The translations under genes were made by a program, and so were the position numbers. A stretch of 64,000 bases of DNA, taken from positions 1,376,001 to 1,440,000 of the forward strand of contig OZ251219.1 of assembly GCA_965240465.1 (NCBI GenBank). The letters are read 5' to 3'. Shown one piece after another: positions 1 through 9,801 of this stretch (positions are counted from its first letter, which is position 1; every line of letters begins with the position of its first letter). The notes beneath the pieces were generated by a model. It had not been told where the DNA came from, did not search any database, and saw only the letters and a program-made list of their open reading frames with translations. The stretch is from a bacterium. GTDB taxonomy: Bacteria > SAR324 > JACQKK01.

Positions 1-589
1 GCAGCTGAGTTTGAAGTTGTTGCAAGGTTTCTCTAAGTTGGGCGAATATCTTACGAGTATCAGTCTCATTGAGGCGCGGCGGGGGAATGGTCATCAATCC
101 CTGCAGTTGAACATTGGGGCATTGTTGCAAGTAGGTAACTAGTCTGTCAAGTTCGGCTACTGATCGCACCCCTGATTTAGAGTCTGATTGGCTAAAATTG
201 GTTTGAATTAGCACCGCACAGCTGCGGAGGTTTTTCTGGGCTTGCTTTTGCAGGGCTTCTGCCAGAGATATTGAATGCAAGAGCAGTAGCTGAAAGGGGT
301 CCGTAAAGCGAACCTTATTGCGTTGCAATAATCCCACCAGCTGCCACTGAGGAGGCTCACACAATTCCCTGACGGCAACCATTTTGGGCAGGGCTTCTTG
401 GATGCGATTCTCACCAAATAGATTCTGCCCCGCTTTTACTGCCTGACAGACCTCTTCTGCCGAGCGAGTTTTACTGACTGCCACCAGGGCAATATCGGCA
501 GACTTTCTACCACTATTGAGGGCCGCTGTGCAGATACGCTCTCTGATAACGGCTAAATTGTGCGAAATGTCAACAATCGCAGGCTTCAT
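1..589 (-). CDS. yggS: YggS/PLP homeostasis protein (3' end truncated by window edge; not in ORF track)
   Basis: Manual translation from ATG at 589: MKPAIVDISHNLAVIRERI...LVAVSKTRS...FGENRIQEA...LQRNKV...KSG...LQGLMTIPP; open frame to the window edge. Confidence 0.9.
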   Translation of the reverse strand, partial: MKPAIVDISHNLAVIRERICTAALNSGRKSADIALVAVSKTRSAEEVCQAVKAGQNLFGENRIQEALPKMVAVRELCEPPQWQLVGLLQRNKVRFTDPFQLLLLHSISLAEALQKQAQKNLRSCAVLIQTNFSQSDSKSGVRSVAELDRLVTYLQQCPNVQLQGLMTIPPPRLNETDTRKIFAQLRETLQQLQTQL

Positions 590-635
590 TAACAAACCGA
601 CCAGGGGAGGTTAATAAGCTGATTCTACTAGGAGA

Positions 636-1535
636 CTAATTGCCATTATCGTCGCTTTTTGAGTTATCTTTCTCTTTGCTCTTATCCCCAGCTTTGCTAT
701 CTTCTCCAGCTTTGACCTTGCTCTTATCCCCAGCTTTGCTATCTTCTCCAGCTTTGACCTTGCTCTTATCTCCAGCTTTGCTATCTTCCTCAGCTTTGAC
801 CTTGCTCTTATCAGCTTTGCTATCTTCCCCAGCTTTGCTATCTTCCCCAGCTTTGACCTTGCTCTTATTCTCAAGCTGGCGATCCCCCTTATCTTTGTCC
901 TTGTTTGCGGCCTTCTTTTTACCAGTGTTAGAAGTTGCTTTTTGTACTTGTTTTGCAACTTGCTTTGCAACTTGCTTTACAAAGGGTCTAACTTCCACTA
1001 GAGCTTCTAATTCCACCCGATATAAATCTCCATCGCGTTTTTCGTTTTTGATGCGGTATCGCTTGATGAAGCCACTAGTGGTGGTAGATAGACTTTCTTG
1101 TACCAGCTGATAGTTTTCCACTTCGGTTTTAGCTTCCAGTAACAAGCCACTGGCTTCTTCCACGGCATTACGCAGGGCATCCTGAACAGCCTCCTTACGA
1201 GAGGCAGCAGGGTCTTTGGGTTTCCAAGACCCTACTCCCTGACCATTTACCAACAACAGGTTCTTCCCCCCTTCCACCAGTACAGGCACCCCTTCTTGAC
1301 GAGCTTTTATAAGTAAAAGGCGTTCGGTGGCATTCAATCCCTTTGTTTGAATGGGGGCATATATTTTGCCTTCTTGCTGAGCTTTCAACCGCAGAAGACG
1401 GGTGGTAGGGTCTTCCTCCTTGGAGGGAGGATTCTTTGCCAGCCCTGACTGCACCAGCACCAACTGAGCTAGGCATAGGAAGAGTAACGTCAACGATAAT
1501 CGCAGAATGCTTCTTAAGGGTTTATGGTGTGACAT
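636..1535 (-). CDS. Exported protein with FlgT-N/LPP20-like domain and Lys/Asp-rich repetitive tail
   Basis: Signal-peptide-like N-terminus; SRKEAVQDALRNAVEEASG...YRVELEALV resembles the FlgT N-terminal domain; KSKVKAGEDSKAGD repeats. Confidence 0.6.
   Translation of the reverse strand: MSHHKPLRSILRLSLTLLFLCLAQLVLVQSGLAKNPPSKEEDPTTRLLRLKAQQEGKIYAPIQTKGLNATERLLLIKARQEGVPVLVEGGKNLLLVNGQGVGSWKPKDPAASRKEAVQDALRNAVEEASGLLLEAKTEVENYQLVQESLSTTTSGFIKRYRIKNEKRDGDLYRVELEALVEVRPFVKQVAKQVAKQVQKATSNTGKKKAANKDKDKGDRQLENKSKVKAGEDSKAGEDSKADKSKVKAEEDSKAGDKSKVKAGEDSKAGDKSKVKAGEDSKAGDKSKEKDNSKSDDNGN
676..868. repeat. In-frame ~42-bp tandem repeat (about 4.5 imperfect units)
   Basis: Unit gctcttatccccagctttgctatcttctccagctttgacctt repeated with variants. 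Confidence 0.9.
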
Positions 1536-1599
1536 GTTTCTACCAAATAGAATTGATCAAATAAAATTAATGCTAGGAGGGCCAAGATGGTTAGGAGGG

Positions 1600-2217
1600 C
1601 TAGGAAACTTCCTCAGCCAGCGGTACTTGAGATTTAGGCAGAGCTTCCGCGGGGGTACTCGGAAGAGGAACGTGATGAAACTTGGTTTGGGGACTCTTTT
1701 CTGGATTCTTGTCACGCAGCAATTCTCGGGTTAAGTCAAAGCGATCACGGTCTGTGTATGCCATGGAGATAATGTCAGTATCCATTCGGATGGCATCTTT
1801 GGGGCATGCTTCCACACATAGACCGCAGAACACACAGCGTAGTTCATCTATATCAAAAACCACGGGATATTTTTCCACCGATTTGTCTTGTTCTTCGCCA
1901 GCTTCAATGTGGATGCAATTGGCAGGGCAGATCTCCTCACACATGTAGCATGCCACACACTTGATAAACCCATCCTCGCGCATGGTCAACCTATGGCGAC
2001 CCCGATAACGGGGTGAAATACGGCGGGTTTCCTCAGGGTAGTTGATGGTGACTACATCACGCTTGCCCAGTACGTTACGCAGAAAATGGCGAGTAGTCAG
2101 CTTCAGGCCGCTTAACACCGCAGGCAAATAAAGACGCAAACCAGAATGCTGTTTAAGGACCTTAACTCGTTGCTTGGTTTGTGTCTTTACCTTTATCAAC
2201 TCACTAGACATAAGCAT
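1600..2217 (-). CDS. nuoI: NADH-quinone oxidoreductase subunit I
   Basis: TINYPEE...RYRGRH; two CxxCxxCxxxCP motifs ([24 protein letters not shown]). Confidence 0.92.
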   Translation of the reverse strand: MLMSSELIKVKTQTKQRVKVLKQHSGLRLYLPAVLSGLKLTTRHFLRNVLGKRDVVTINYPEETRRISPRYRGRHRLTMREDGFIKCVACYMCEEICPANCIHIEAGEEQDKSVEKYPVVFDIDELRCVFCGLCVEACPKDAIRMDTDIISMAYTDRDRFDLTRELLRDKNPEKSPQTKFHHVPLPSTPAEALPKSQVPLAEEVS

Positions 2218-2372
2218 CTCCCGACTACTTAGCTGATTGTTTCACGGTGAGGTTACCAATGACAAGCAGAAAGATCTAGTCAAATGTGTCTTTACAATTT
2301 CATATTATGTTGTAAAATCCCTTATCGCTTGATGTAGGAACAATATTTTCAAATAAAACAAGGAATTGAGTA

Positions 2373-3389
2373 GTGAAAAACAAGAAATTATTGCTGGGGA
2401 TTATCGCGGCGGTGGGGGCGGTGGGGGTGATTATTGCGGTGGGGATGGGGGGAATGATTCTTGGAAATCCTAAGGTTTCATCGGATGAGTATGGCGTGTT
2501 ATTGAAGTCGTTGTCCGATCCTTTCTGGAGCTCCGTTGCTGATGGCATTAAGGATGGCATTGAGGATGACGAAATAGAAATAGATTACAACCTAGCTGAC
2601 CTAAACGCTGATGAACCAACAAAATCTCAGCTTAAAAGCTGCAATGATGTCTTAGATCGCAAGCCGCGCGTGCTTATTACGGCTGTCAACACTCACCACG
2701 TCTTGTTGCCCTGCTTGAAAAGAGCCACCGATGAGGGTATTCTGGTGATAGATTTAGATTCCAGCTTGGACCACAACATCGCTACCGATGCGGGAGTAGA
2801 TATTGTATTCACCCTCAGTTCTAATAACTATGTTGCGGGAGTTCAGGGTGCGGACTATGTATTATCGCTATTGGGTACTAGCAGTACAGGTTCTGTACTA
2901 GTGATTGAGGGTTTAGTGAACGATATTAATAGTCAACGCCGAACAAGTGGATTTGCCGACCAATTGAAAAAAATAAACCCTGGGCTGAAGATAGTCACCT
3001 CTTTATCGGCTTACGGAAATATCCAAAAAGCGACTAAAATTACCACCGATGCCCTGCAAAAATATCCAGACCTAAAGGTTGTTTTTGCTGCCAGCAACAA
3101 ATTGGCTCTGGGAGCGGTAGAAGTAGTCTATTCTGCCAGCAAGGGAAATGATGTTACTGTCATCGGGGTGGGCAAGTATTCCAAAGCGGTGGAAAACTCC
3201 ATCCGAGCAAATCGCTTGAATGCCTCAGTAGTTCAATTGCCATATCTCATTGGTCAGCAGGCAGTATTGCGTGCTGTGAAAGTATTGAATGGTAAAAATC
3301 TGAACCGATTCCAGTACGTTGATTTCCTAGTACTAAGCAAGAAACTACTGGAAGAAGGTACGGAACCTATGCTGGAATATCTTAAATAA
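2373..3389 (+). CDS. Sugar ABC transporter substrate-binding protein (RbsB/AlsB-like, type I PBP)
   Basis: YGVLLKSLSDPFW, NNYVAG, QRRTSGF, ASVVQLPYLIG; hydrophobic N-terminus. Confidence 0.85.
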   Translation: MKNKKLLLGIIAAVGAVGVIIAVGMGGMILGNPKVSSDEYGVLLKSLSDPFWSSVADGIKDGIEDDEIEIDYNLADLNADEPTKSQLKSCNDVLDRKPRVLITAVNTHHVLLPCLKRATDEGILVIDLDSSLDHNIATDAGVDIVFTLSSNNYVAGVQGADYVLSLLGTSSTGSVLVIEGLVNDINSQRRTSGFADQLKKINPGLKIVTSLSAYGNIQKATKITTDALQKYPDLKVVFAASNKLALGAVEVVYSASKGNDVTVIGVGKYSKAVENSIRANRLNASVVQLPYLIGQQAVLRAVKVLNGKNLNRFQYVDFLVLSKKLLEEGTEPMLEYLK

Positions 3390-3399
3390 ATCTGTAAGG

Positions 3400-3528
3400 G
3401 CGAAATAGTTTGTTCTGCAAGGGGTATGATGTTGTTGTCATCGGGGGGGGGGAGCAAGTACTCCCAAATCGGTGCTACAACCGCTGGCAGAAGGTATGGG
3501 ACGACCTACGCTGGAACACCTTAAATAA
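3400..3528 (+). pseudogene. Heavily decayed relic of the 3' end of the sugar-binding gene
   Basis: tgatgttgttgtcatcgggg...caagtact resembles 3149-3180; ctggcagaaggta...cttaaataa resembles 3347-3389. Confidence 0.7.
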
Positions 3529-3579
3529 GTGCTGTAAAAGTAGTGCCACAAAATTATTAAATAAATAAATAAAAAATAA

Positions 3580-3607
3580 TTGAAACATAATTTCTGTATG
3601 CTACAAT
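3580..3607 (+). promoter_or_regulatory. Putative sigma70 promoter of RCC1 gene 1 (copies at 6681-6708 and 9715-9742 have CTGAAA at -35)
   Basis: TTGAAA-16 bp-TACAAT with TG extended -10 and an AT-rich UP-like tract; atcaac/gttgat inverted repeat at 3621-3652. Confidence 0.55.
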
Positions 3608-3666
3608 AATATAAGGGCTTATCAACGATTAGCCGATTATATTCTTGTTGATGGTGTACAGATAAT

Positions 3667-6216
3667 ATGAAATTAAACACTTTTATAAGTATAAAAATTA
3701 GGTTTTACACATTGGGAACGGTACTGTGTATTACTGTTTTTTCTTTGATTATTTTATCATGTTCTGGCAGTTCAAATACACCACCACCCCCTGAAACTGA
3801 CACTGGAATAATAGATCCAGTTGAGGAAAGGATCAAGTATAAGACTTTATTTTCGGGAGGGGGGGATCATACCTGTTTGTCTGTAAGAGGTGCACTATCA
3901 TGTTGGGGAAAGGGTGGTAGTGGTCGTCTGGGCAATGGAGACGTTTATGATAAATACATTCCTACTGCAGTGACTGGAATGGATAGCGGTGTGACCGATG
4001 TTGCGGCAGGGTATGATTACACCTGTGCAGTGAAAGATGGTGTAGCCAAGTGCTGGGGCGAAGGTGATGGTGGTCGTTTGGGTACTAATTTAGCTCCTGA
4101 TGATTCAGCAGTAGCAGACCTAGCAATACCAAAAAATGTGGGATTTAGTAGTGGTAGCGTTAAAGACATTAGTGCCGGAAAAGCAACCTCCTGTGCCATA
4201 AAGACAGATGAAAGTGTTTGGTGTTGGGGAAGTAACTCTCGGGGACAACTGGGGGATGGTAGCATGGATAACAAATATTCTCCAGTGCAGGTTTTTCTTG
4301 AAGATGAAATCCCCTTTGAGAATGCTAAAGCTATTAGCTCGGGAGAGTATTATAATTGTGCAATTGCTGGCGAGGATGCTCTGGTTTATTGTTGGGGTGG
4401 TAATGAAGCAGGACAGTTAGGTACGGATAATACAGATGACTCTCTTACTCCTGTTAAAGTAATCCGTGATGATGATGAAGATTTGGACGATGCCTACTCC
4501 ATTTCATCAGGAGATAATCACACCTGTGTACTTAGTGGTAGTGGTGATGCTTGGTGTTGGGGTTGGAACGGGAGTGGTCAATTGGCCAGAGGCAATAATG
4601 ATTCTTCCTTAAAAGCTCACAAGGTATCGGTTCCTGATAGCACGCCAGCTACAGGATTAGGGTTTATTCGGGCTAAAGGCGATACAACCTGTGCTATATT
4701 AAGCGGGATTGCCCGATGTGCAGGAGAGAATAGATTCGGTCAGTTGGGAATAGGTAACACTAATGATAGTAATACTCTAATAAATGTCCAACTACTCACC
4801 AGTGGAGTAACTAACATGGCAGTGGGAGCAGCCCACGCCTGTGGCATCCAGAATTATGTAGATGGTGAAATATACTGCTGGGGTAATAGCAGTAGTGGTC
4901 AGGTGGGTTATAGTGGTCATGTAGCCCTACAGCTATATCCAGTGAAGGTCTATAACACTAACGGCAATATCTCTAAGAATGTTACTTATGTTGATACAGG
5001 GAAGGCACACTCTTGTGCGATCCTGAATGGTGGAGCTTATTGCTGGGGGCAGAATAGCTTCGGTGAAATAGGCAATGGTACCGCAACTCAAGCACCTAAG
5101 CCGGTAGCAGTAACAGGTATGTCTGACCGTGTAACTGAAATTTCCGCAGGAGGATACCAGGCTTCTGGGCTCAACAATGCTCATACTTGTGCTATCAAGG
5201 ATGACAATGTTTGGTGTTGGGGATATAACAACCTAGGACAACTTGGGAATGGTTCTACAACAAACAGTTTTGTTCCCGTGCAGGCAACAAGTAGCGGTAT
5301 TGCGACTTATATTGGTACAGGATACGAGATTTCTTGTGTCTTAGTAGACAGTACACCAAACTGCTGGGGTAATAATAATGCTCGTAGATTGGGTGTTGGA
5401 TCAGGTAATAATATTGTAGCTTCGCCGAAAGAGGTTCGTTATGGTGCCAACGACGGAGCAGTCATGACTGATGCTAAATATTTATATGTAGGAGTGGATG
5501 CAGCTTGTACCATCCTGGGTGCGAAGGCTATAAGTGGTACAACCTATAATGACATTATTGCCTGTTGGGGTTTAGGTCATTGGAACATACTTTCTAATGC
5601 TGATAGGGGACACCAATCTTATGCTCTTGTATCCATCACCAGCAATGGTGGGGACGCAGACATTGTCGATGATATATATCTTCATGGCTATTCTGCGGTT
5701 AGCTTAGGACATGAACATGGGTGTGGTATAAACAAAGTATATGAAGAAAACAGCATCACCTACGAAAATGCTGCTGTTTGTTGGGGCCGTAACAATAATG
5801 GTCAGGTGGGTACTGGAAATGGGGGAACTGGTTTCGTACATCCACGAGTGATTAGATTTACGGGTGGGGGAATACCAGTTGCGAATGTTATCAGCATTTC
5901 TGCGCAATACAGGCAAAGTTGTGCCGTTGTGGATACTGGGCGGGCAGTATGTTGGGGTGATTCCACTACTGGGGGTTTAGGTAATAATTCTTTTGGCGGT
6001 AATCATGTTCCTCATCCCAAGGACCTGTTCCCATTTAATGCTGACAATAGTATTGGCTTTACCCGAATCTCTGCTGGGTATCACGGTTGCGGTATAGCAG
6101 GAATAAATTCAGACAAACTATACTGCTGGGGTAAAGGTGATGTAGGACAACTAGGCTATGGTAGAACAGGAGATATTCCAACACCAATACGAGTTTTAAT
6201 TGGTATTGATGAATAA
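3667..6216 (+). CDS. RCC1/BLIP-II repeat putative lipoprotein, copy 1
   Basis: Many HTC...CWGxNxxGQLG repeats; signal ending IILSC followed by a Pro-rich linker. Confidence 0.9.
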   Translation: MKLNTFISIKIRFYTLGTVLCITVFSLIILSCSGSSNTPPPPETDTGIIDPVEERIKYKTLFSGGGDHTCLSVRGALSCWGKGGSGRLGNGDVYDKYIPTAVTGMDSGVTDVAAGYDYTCAVKDGVAKCWGEGDGGRLGTNLAPDDSAVADLAIPKNVGFSSGSVKDISAGKATSCAIKTDESVWCWGSNSRGQLGDGSMDNKYSPVQVFLEDEIPFENAKAISSGEYYNCAIAGEDALVYCWGGNEAGQLGTDNTDDSLTPVKVIRDDDEDLDDAYSISSGDNHTCVLSGSGDAWCWGWNGSGQLARGNNDSSLKAHKVSVPDSTPATGLGFIRAKGDTTCAILSGIARCAGENRFGQLGIGNTNDSNTLINVQLLTSGVTNMAVGAAHACGIQNYVDGEIYCWGNSSSGQVGYSGHVALQLYPVKVYNTNGNISKNVTYVDTGKAHSCAILNGGAYCWGQNSFGEIGNGTATQAPKPVAVTGMSDRVTEISAGGYQASGLNNAHTCAIKDDNVWCWGYNNLGQLGNGSTTNSFVPVQATSSGIATYIGTGYEISCVLVDSTPNCWGNNNARRLGVGSGNNIVASPKEVRYGANDGAVMTDAKYLYVGVDAACTILGAKAISGTTYNDIIACWGLGHWNILSNADRGHQSYALVSITSNGGDADIVDDIYLHGYSAVSLGHEHGCGINKVYEENSITYENAAVCWGRNNNGQVGTGNGGTGFVHPRVIRFTGGGIPVANVISISAQYRQSCAVVDTGRAVCWGDSTTGGLGNNSFGGNHVPHPKDLFPFNADNSIGFTRISAGYHGCGIAGINSDKLYCWGKGDVGQLGYGRTGDIPTPIRVLIGIDE

Positions 6217-6238
6217 ATTATTGGCTTGCTTTTGCATT

Positions 6239-6283
6239 TAGCCTTCGGATACTGTGAAACAGGCCCGAAGGCTATTTTGTTTA
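6239..6283 (+). terminator. Intrinsic terminator after RCC1 copy 1
   Basis: Perfect 10-bp stem tagccttcgg (6239-48)/ccgaaggcta (6265-74) followed by ttttgttt. Confidence 0.7.
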
Positions 6284-6336
6284 TTGGTACGGATAAAATT
6301 AATAACACAAAAATAGACTTTTCTTAGGCGATAGCA

Positions 6337-6629
6337 CAAAAGCGGCTAAAATTACACCGATGCCCTGCAAAAATATCCAGACCTAAGGGAAATGATGTTA
6401 TTGTCATTGGGGTGGGCAAGTATTCCAAAGTGAACTCCATCCGAGCAAATCGCTTGAATACCTCAGTAGTTCATTGCCATATCTCATCGCTCAGCAGGCA
6501 GTATTGCGTGCTGTGAAAATATTGAATGATAAAAATCTGGACCGATTCCAGTACGTTGATTTCCTAGTACTAAGCAAGAAACTACTGGCAGAAGGTATGG
6601 GACGACCCACGCTGAAACACCTTAAATAA
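6337..6629 (+). pseudogene. Frameshifted, internally deleted copy of sugar-binding gene 3' end (donor about 3024-3389)
   Basis: Long near-identical tracts, e.g. gatgccctgcaaaaatatccagacctaa and ccgattccagtacgttgatttcctagtactaagcaagaaactactgg. Confidence 0.9.
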
Positions 6630-6767
6630 GTGCTGTAAAAGTAGTCCTACAAGATTATTAAATAAATAAATAAAAAATAACTGAAACATAACTTCTGTAT
6701 GTTACAATAATATAAGAGCTTATCAACGATTAGCCGATTATATTCTTGTTGATGGCGTACAGATAAT

Positions 6768-9314
6768 ATGAAATTAAACACTTTTATAAGTATAAAAATT
6801 AGGTTTTACACATTGGGGACAGCACTGTGTATTACTGTTTTTTCTTTGATTATTTTATCATGTTCTAGCAGTTCAAATGCACCACCTCCCCTTGAAACTG
6901 ACACTGGAATAATAGATCCAGTTGAGGAAAGGATCAAGTATAAGACTTTATTTTCGGGAGGGGGGGATCATACCTGTTTGTCTGTAAGAGGTGCACTATC
7001 ATGTTGGGGAAAGGGTGGTAGTGGTCGTCTGGGCAATGGAGACGTTTATGATAAATACATTCCTACTGCAGTGACTGGAATGGATAGCGGTGTGACCGAT
7101 GTTGCGGCAGGGTATGATTACACCTGTGCAGTGAAAGATGGTGTAGCCAAGTGCTGGGGCGAAGGTTATGGTGGTCGTTTGGGTACTAATTTAGATCCTA
7201 ATGATTCAGCAGTAGCAGACCTAGCAGTACCAAAAAATGTGGGATTTAGTAGTGGTAGCGTTAAAGACATTAGTGCTGGAAGAGCAACCTCCTGTGCCAT
7301 AAAGACAGATGAAAGTGTTTGGTGTTGGGGAAGTAACTCTCGGGGACAACTGGGGGATGGTAGCACGGAGGACAAATATTCTCCAGTGCAGGTTTTTCTT
7401 GGAGATGAAATCCCCTTTGAGAATGCTAAAGCTATTAGCTCGGGAGAGTATTATAATTGTGCAATTGCTGGCGAGGATGCTCTGGTTTATTGTTGGGGTG
7501 GTAATGAAGCAGGACAGTTAGGTACGGATAATACAGATGACTCTCTTACTCCTGTTAAAGTAATCCGTGATGATGATGAAGATTTGGACGATGCCTACTC
7601 CATTTCATCAGGGGATCATCACACCTGTGTACTTAGTGGTAGTGGTGATGCTTGGTGTTGGGGTTGGAACGGGAGTGGTCAATTGGCCAGAGGCAATAAT
7701 GATTCTTCCTTAAAAGCTCACAAGGTATCGGTTCCTGATAGCACGCCAGCTACAGGATTAGGGTTTATTCGGGCTAAAGGCGATACAACCTGTACCATAT
7801 TAAGCGGGATTGCCCGATGTGCAGGAGAGAATAGATTCGGTCAGTTGGGAATAGGTAACACTAATGATAGTAATACTCTAATAAATGTCCAACTACTCAC
7901 CAGTGGAGTAACTAACATGGCAGTGGGAGCAGCCCACGCCTGTGGCATCCAGAATTATGTAGATGGTGAAATATACTGCTGGGGTAATAGCAGTAGTGGT
8001 CAGGTGGGTTATAGTGGTCATGTAGCCCGACAGCTATATCCAGTGAAGGTCTATAACACTAACGGCAATATCTCTAAGAATGTTACTTATGTTGATACAG
8101 GGAAGGCACACTCTTGTGCGATCCTGAATGGTGGAGCTTATTGCTGGGGGCAGAATGAGTTCGGTGAAATAGGCAATGGTACCCAAGTTCAAGCACCTAA
8201 GCCGGTAGCAGTATCAGATCTGTCTAGCGGTGTAACTGAAATTTCCGCAGGAGGATACGCGTCTACTTGGGTCAACAATGCTCATACTTGTGCTATCAAG
8301 GATGACAATGTTTGGTGTTGGGGATATAACAACCTAGGACAACTTGGGAATGGTTCTAGAACAAACAGTTTTGTTCCCGTGCAGGCAACAACTAGCGGTA
8401 TTGCGACTTATATTGGTACAGGATTCGAGATTTCTTGTGTCTTAGTAGACAGTACACCAAAATGCTGGGGTAATAATTATGATAATAGATTGGGTACTGG
8501 AGCACCTAGTTATGTTAAAACCGTGCCGACAAATGTTGTTTATGGTTCCAGCAAAGAAAGCATTAGTGATGCTAAATATCTATCTGTAGGAACGGATGCA
8601 GCTTGTACCATCCTGGGTGCGAAGGTTATAAATGGTACAACCTATAATGACATTATTGCCTGTTGGGGTTTAGGTCATTGGAACGCACTTTCTAATGCTG
8701 ATAGGGGACACCAATCTTATGCTCTTGCATCCATCACCAACAGTGGTGGGGACGCAGACATTGTCGATGATATATATCTTCATGGCTATTCTGCGGTTAG
8801 CTTAGGATATCAACATGGGTGTGCTATAAACAAAGTATATGCCGAAAACACCGCCACCACCTACGAGAATGTTGCTGTTTGTTGGGGCCTTAACGATAAT
8901 GGTCAGGCGGGTACTAGAAGGGAGGGAACTGGTTTCGTAAATCCACGAGTGGTTAGATTTACGAGTGGGGGAATACCAGTTGCGAATGTTATCAGTATTT
9001 CTGCACAATACAGGCAAAGTTGTGCCGTTGTGGATACTGGGCGGGCAGTATGTTGGGGTAATTCCAGTACTGGAGGTTTAGGTAATAATTCTTTTGGCGG
9101 CGATGTTTTTTTTCCCCAGGACCTGTTCCCATTTAATGCTGACAATAGTATTGGCTTTAGCCGAATCTCTGCTGGGAATCACGGTTGCGGTATAGCAGGA
9201 ATAAATTCAGACAAACTATACTGCTGGGGTAAAGGTGATGTAGGACAGCTAGGCTATGGTAGAACAGGGGATATTCCAACACCAATACGAGTTTTAATTG
9301 GTATTGATGAATAA
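6768..9314 (+). CDS. RCC1/BLIP-II repeat putative lipoprotein, copy 2
   Basis: Near-identical to copies 1 and 3 apart from variable blocks. Confidence 0.9.
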   Translation: MKLNTFISIKIRFYTLGTALCITVFSLIILSCSSSSNAPPPLETDTGIIDPVEERIKYKTLFSGGGDHTCLSVRGALSCWGKGGSGRLGNGDVYDKYIPTAVTGMDSGVTDVAAGYDYTCAVKDGVAKCWGEGYGGRLGTNLDPNDSAVADLAVPKNVGFSSGSVKDISAGRATSCAIKTDESVWCWGSNSRGQLGDGSTEDKYSPVQVFLGDEIPFENAKAISSGEYYNCAIAGEDALVYCWGGNEAGQLGTDNTDDSLTPVKVIRDDDEDLDDAYSISSGDHHTCVLSGSGDAWCWGWNGSGQLARGNNDSSLKAHKVSVPDSTPATGLGFIRAKGDTTCTILSGIARCAGENRFGQLGIGNTNDSNTLINVQLLTSGVTNMAVGAAHACGIQNYVDGEIYCWGNSSSGQVGYSGHVARQLYPVKVYNTNGNISKNVTYVDTGKAHSCAILNGGAYCWGQNEFGEIGNGTQVQAPKPVAVSDLSSGVTEISAGGYASTWVNNAHTCAIKDDNVWCWGYNNLGQLGNGSRTNSFVPVQATTSGIATYIGTGFEISCVLVDSTPKCWGNNYDNRLGTGAPSYVKTVPTNVVYGSSKESISDAKYLSVGTDAACTILGAKVINGTTYNDIIACWGLGHWNALSNADRGHQSYALASITNSGGDADIVDDIYLHGYSAVSLGYQHGCAINKVYAENTATTYENVAVCWGLNDNGQAGTRREGTGFVNPRVVRFTSGGIPVANVISISAQYRQSCAVVDTGRAVCWGNSSTGGLGNNSFGGDVFFPQDLFPFNADNSIGFSRISAGNHGCGIAGINSDKLYCWGKGDVGQLGYGRTGDIPTPIRVLIGIDE

Positions 9315-9369
9315 ATTATTGGCTTGTAGAATTAATAACACAAAAATAGACTTTTCTTAGGCGATAGCA

Positions 9370-9663
9370 CAAAAGCGGCTAAAATTACACCGATGCCCTG
9401 CAAAAATATCCAGACCTAAGGGAAATGATGTTATTGTCATCGGGGTGGGCAAGTATTCCAAAGTGAACTCCATCCGAGCAAATCGCTTGAATGCCTCAGT
9501 AGTTCAATTGCCATATCTCATTGCTCAGTAGGCAGTATTGCGTGCTGTGAAAATATTGAATGGTAAAAATCTGGACCGATTCCAGTACGTTGATTTCCTA
9601 GTACTAAGCAAGAAACTACTGGCAGAAGGTATGGGACGACCCACGCTGAAACACCTTAAATAA
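9370..9663 (+). pseudogene. Second copy of the sugar-binding gene 3' relic
   Basis: Nearly identical to 6337-6629, with the same internal deletion. Confidence 0.9.
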
Positions 9664-9801
9664 GTGCTGTAAAAGTAGTCCTACAAGATTATTAAATAAA
9701 TAAATAAAAAATAACTGAAACATAACTTCTGTATGTTACAATAATATAAGAGCTTATCAACGATTAGCCGATCATATTCTTGTTGATGGCGTACAGATAA
9801 T

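Noticed and set aside
676-868. CRISPR-like array
   Set aside because: Contiguous in-frame coding repeats with no unique spacers and no cas genes.
611-1110. ORFs 611..970 and 640..1110
   Set aside because: Alternative-frame shadows of the coding repeat in 636..1535.
3443-3452. G10 tract as a phase-variation switch
   Set aside because: It lies in a pseudogene relic (from ggggtggg) about 130 bp upstream of the predicted -35, so length change has no clear effect.
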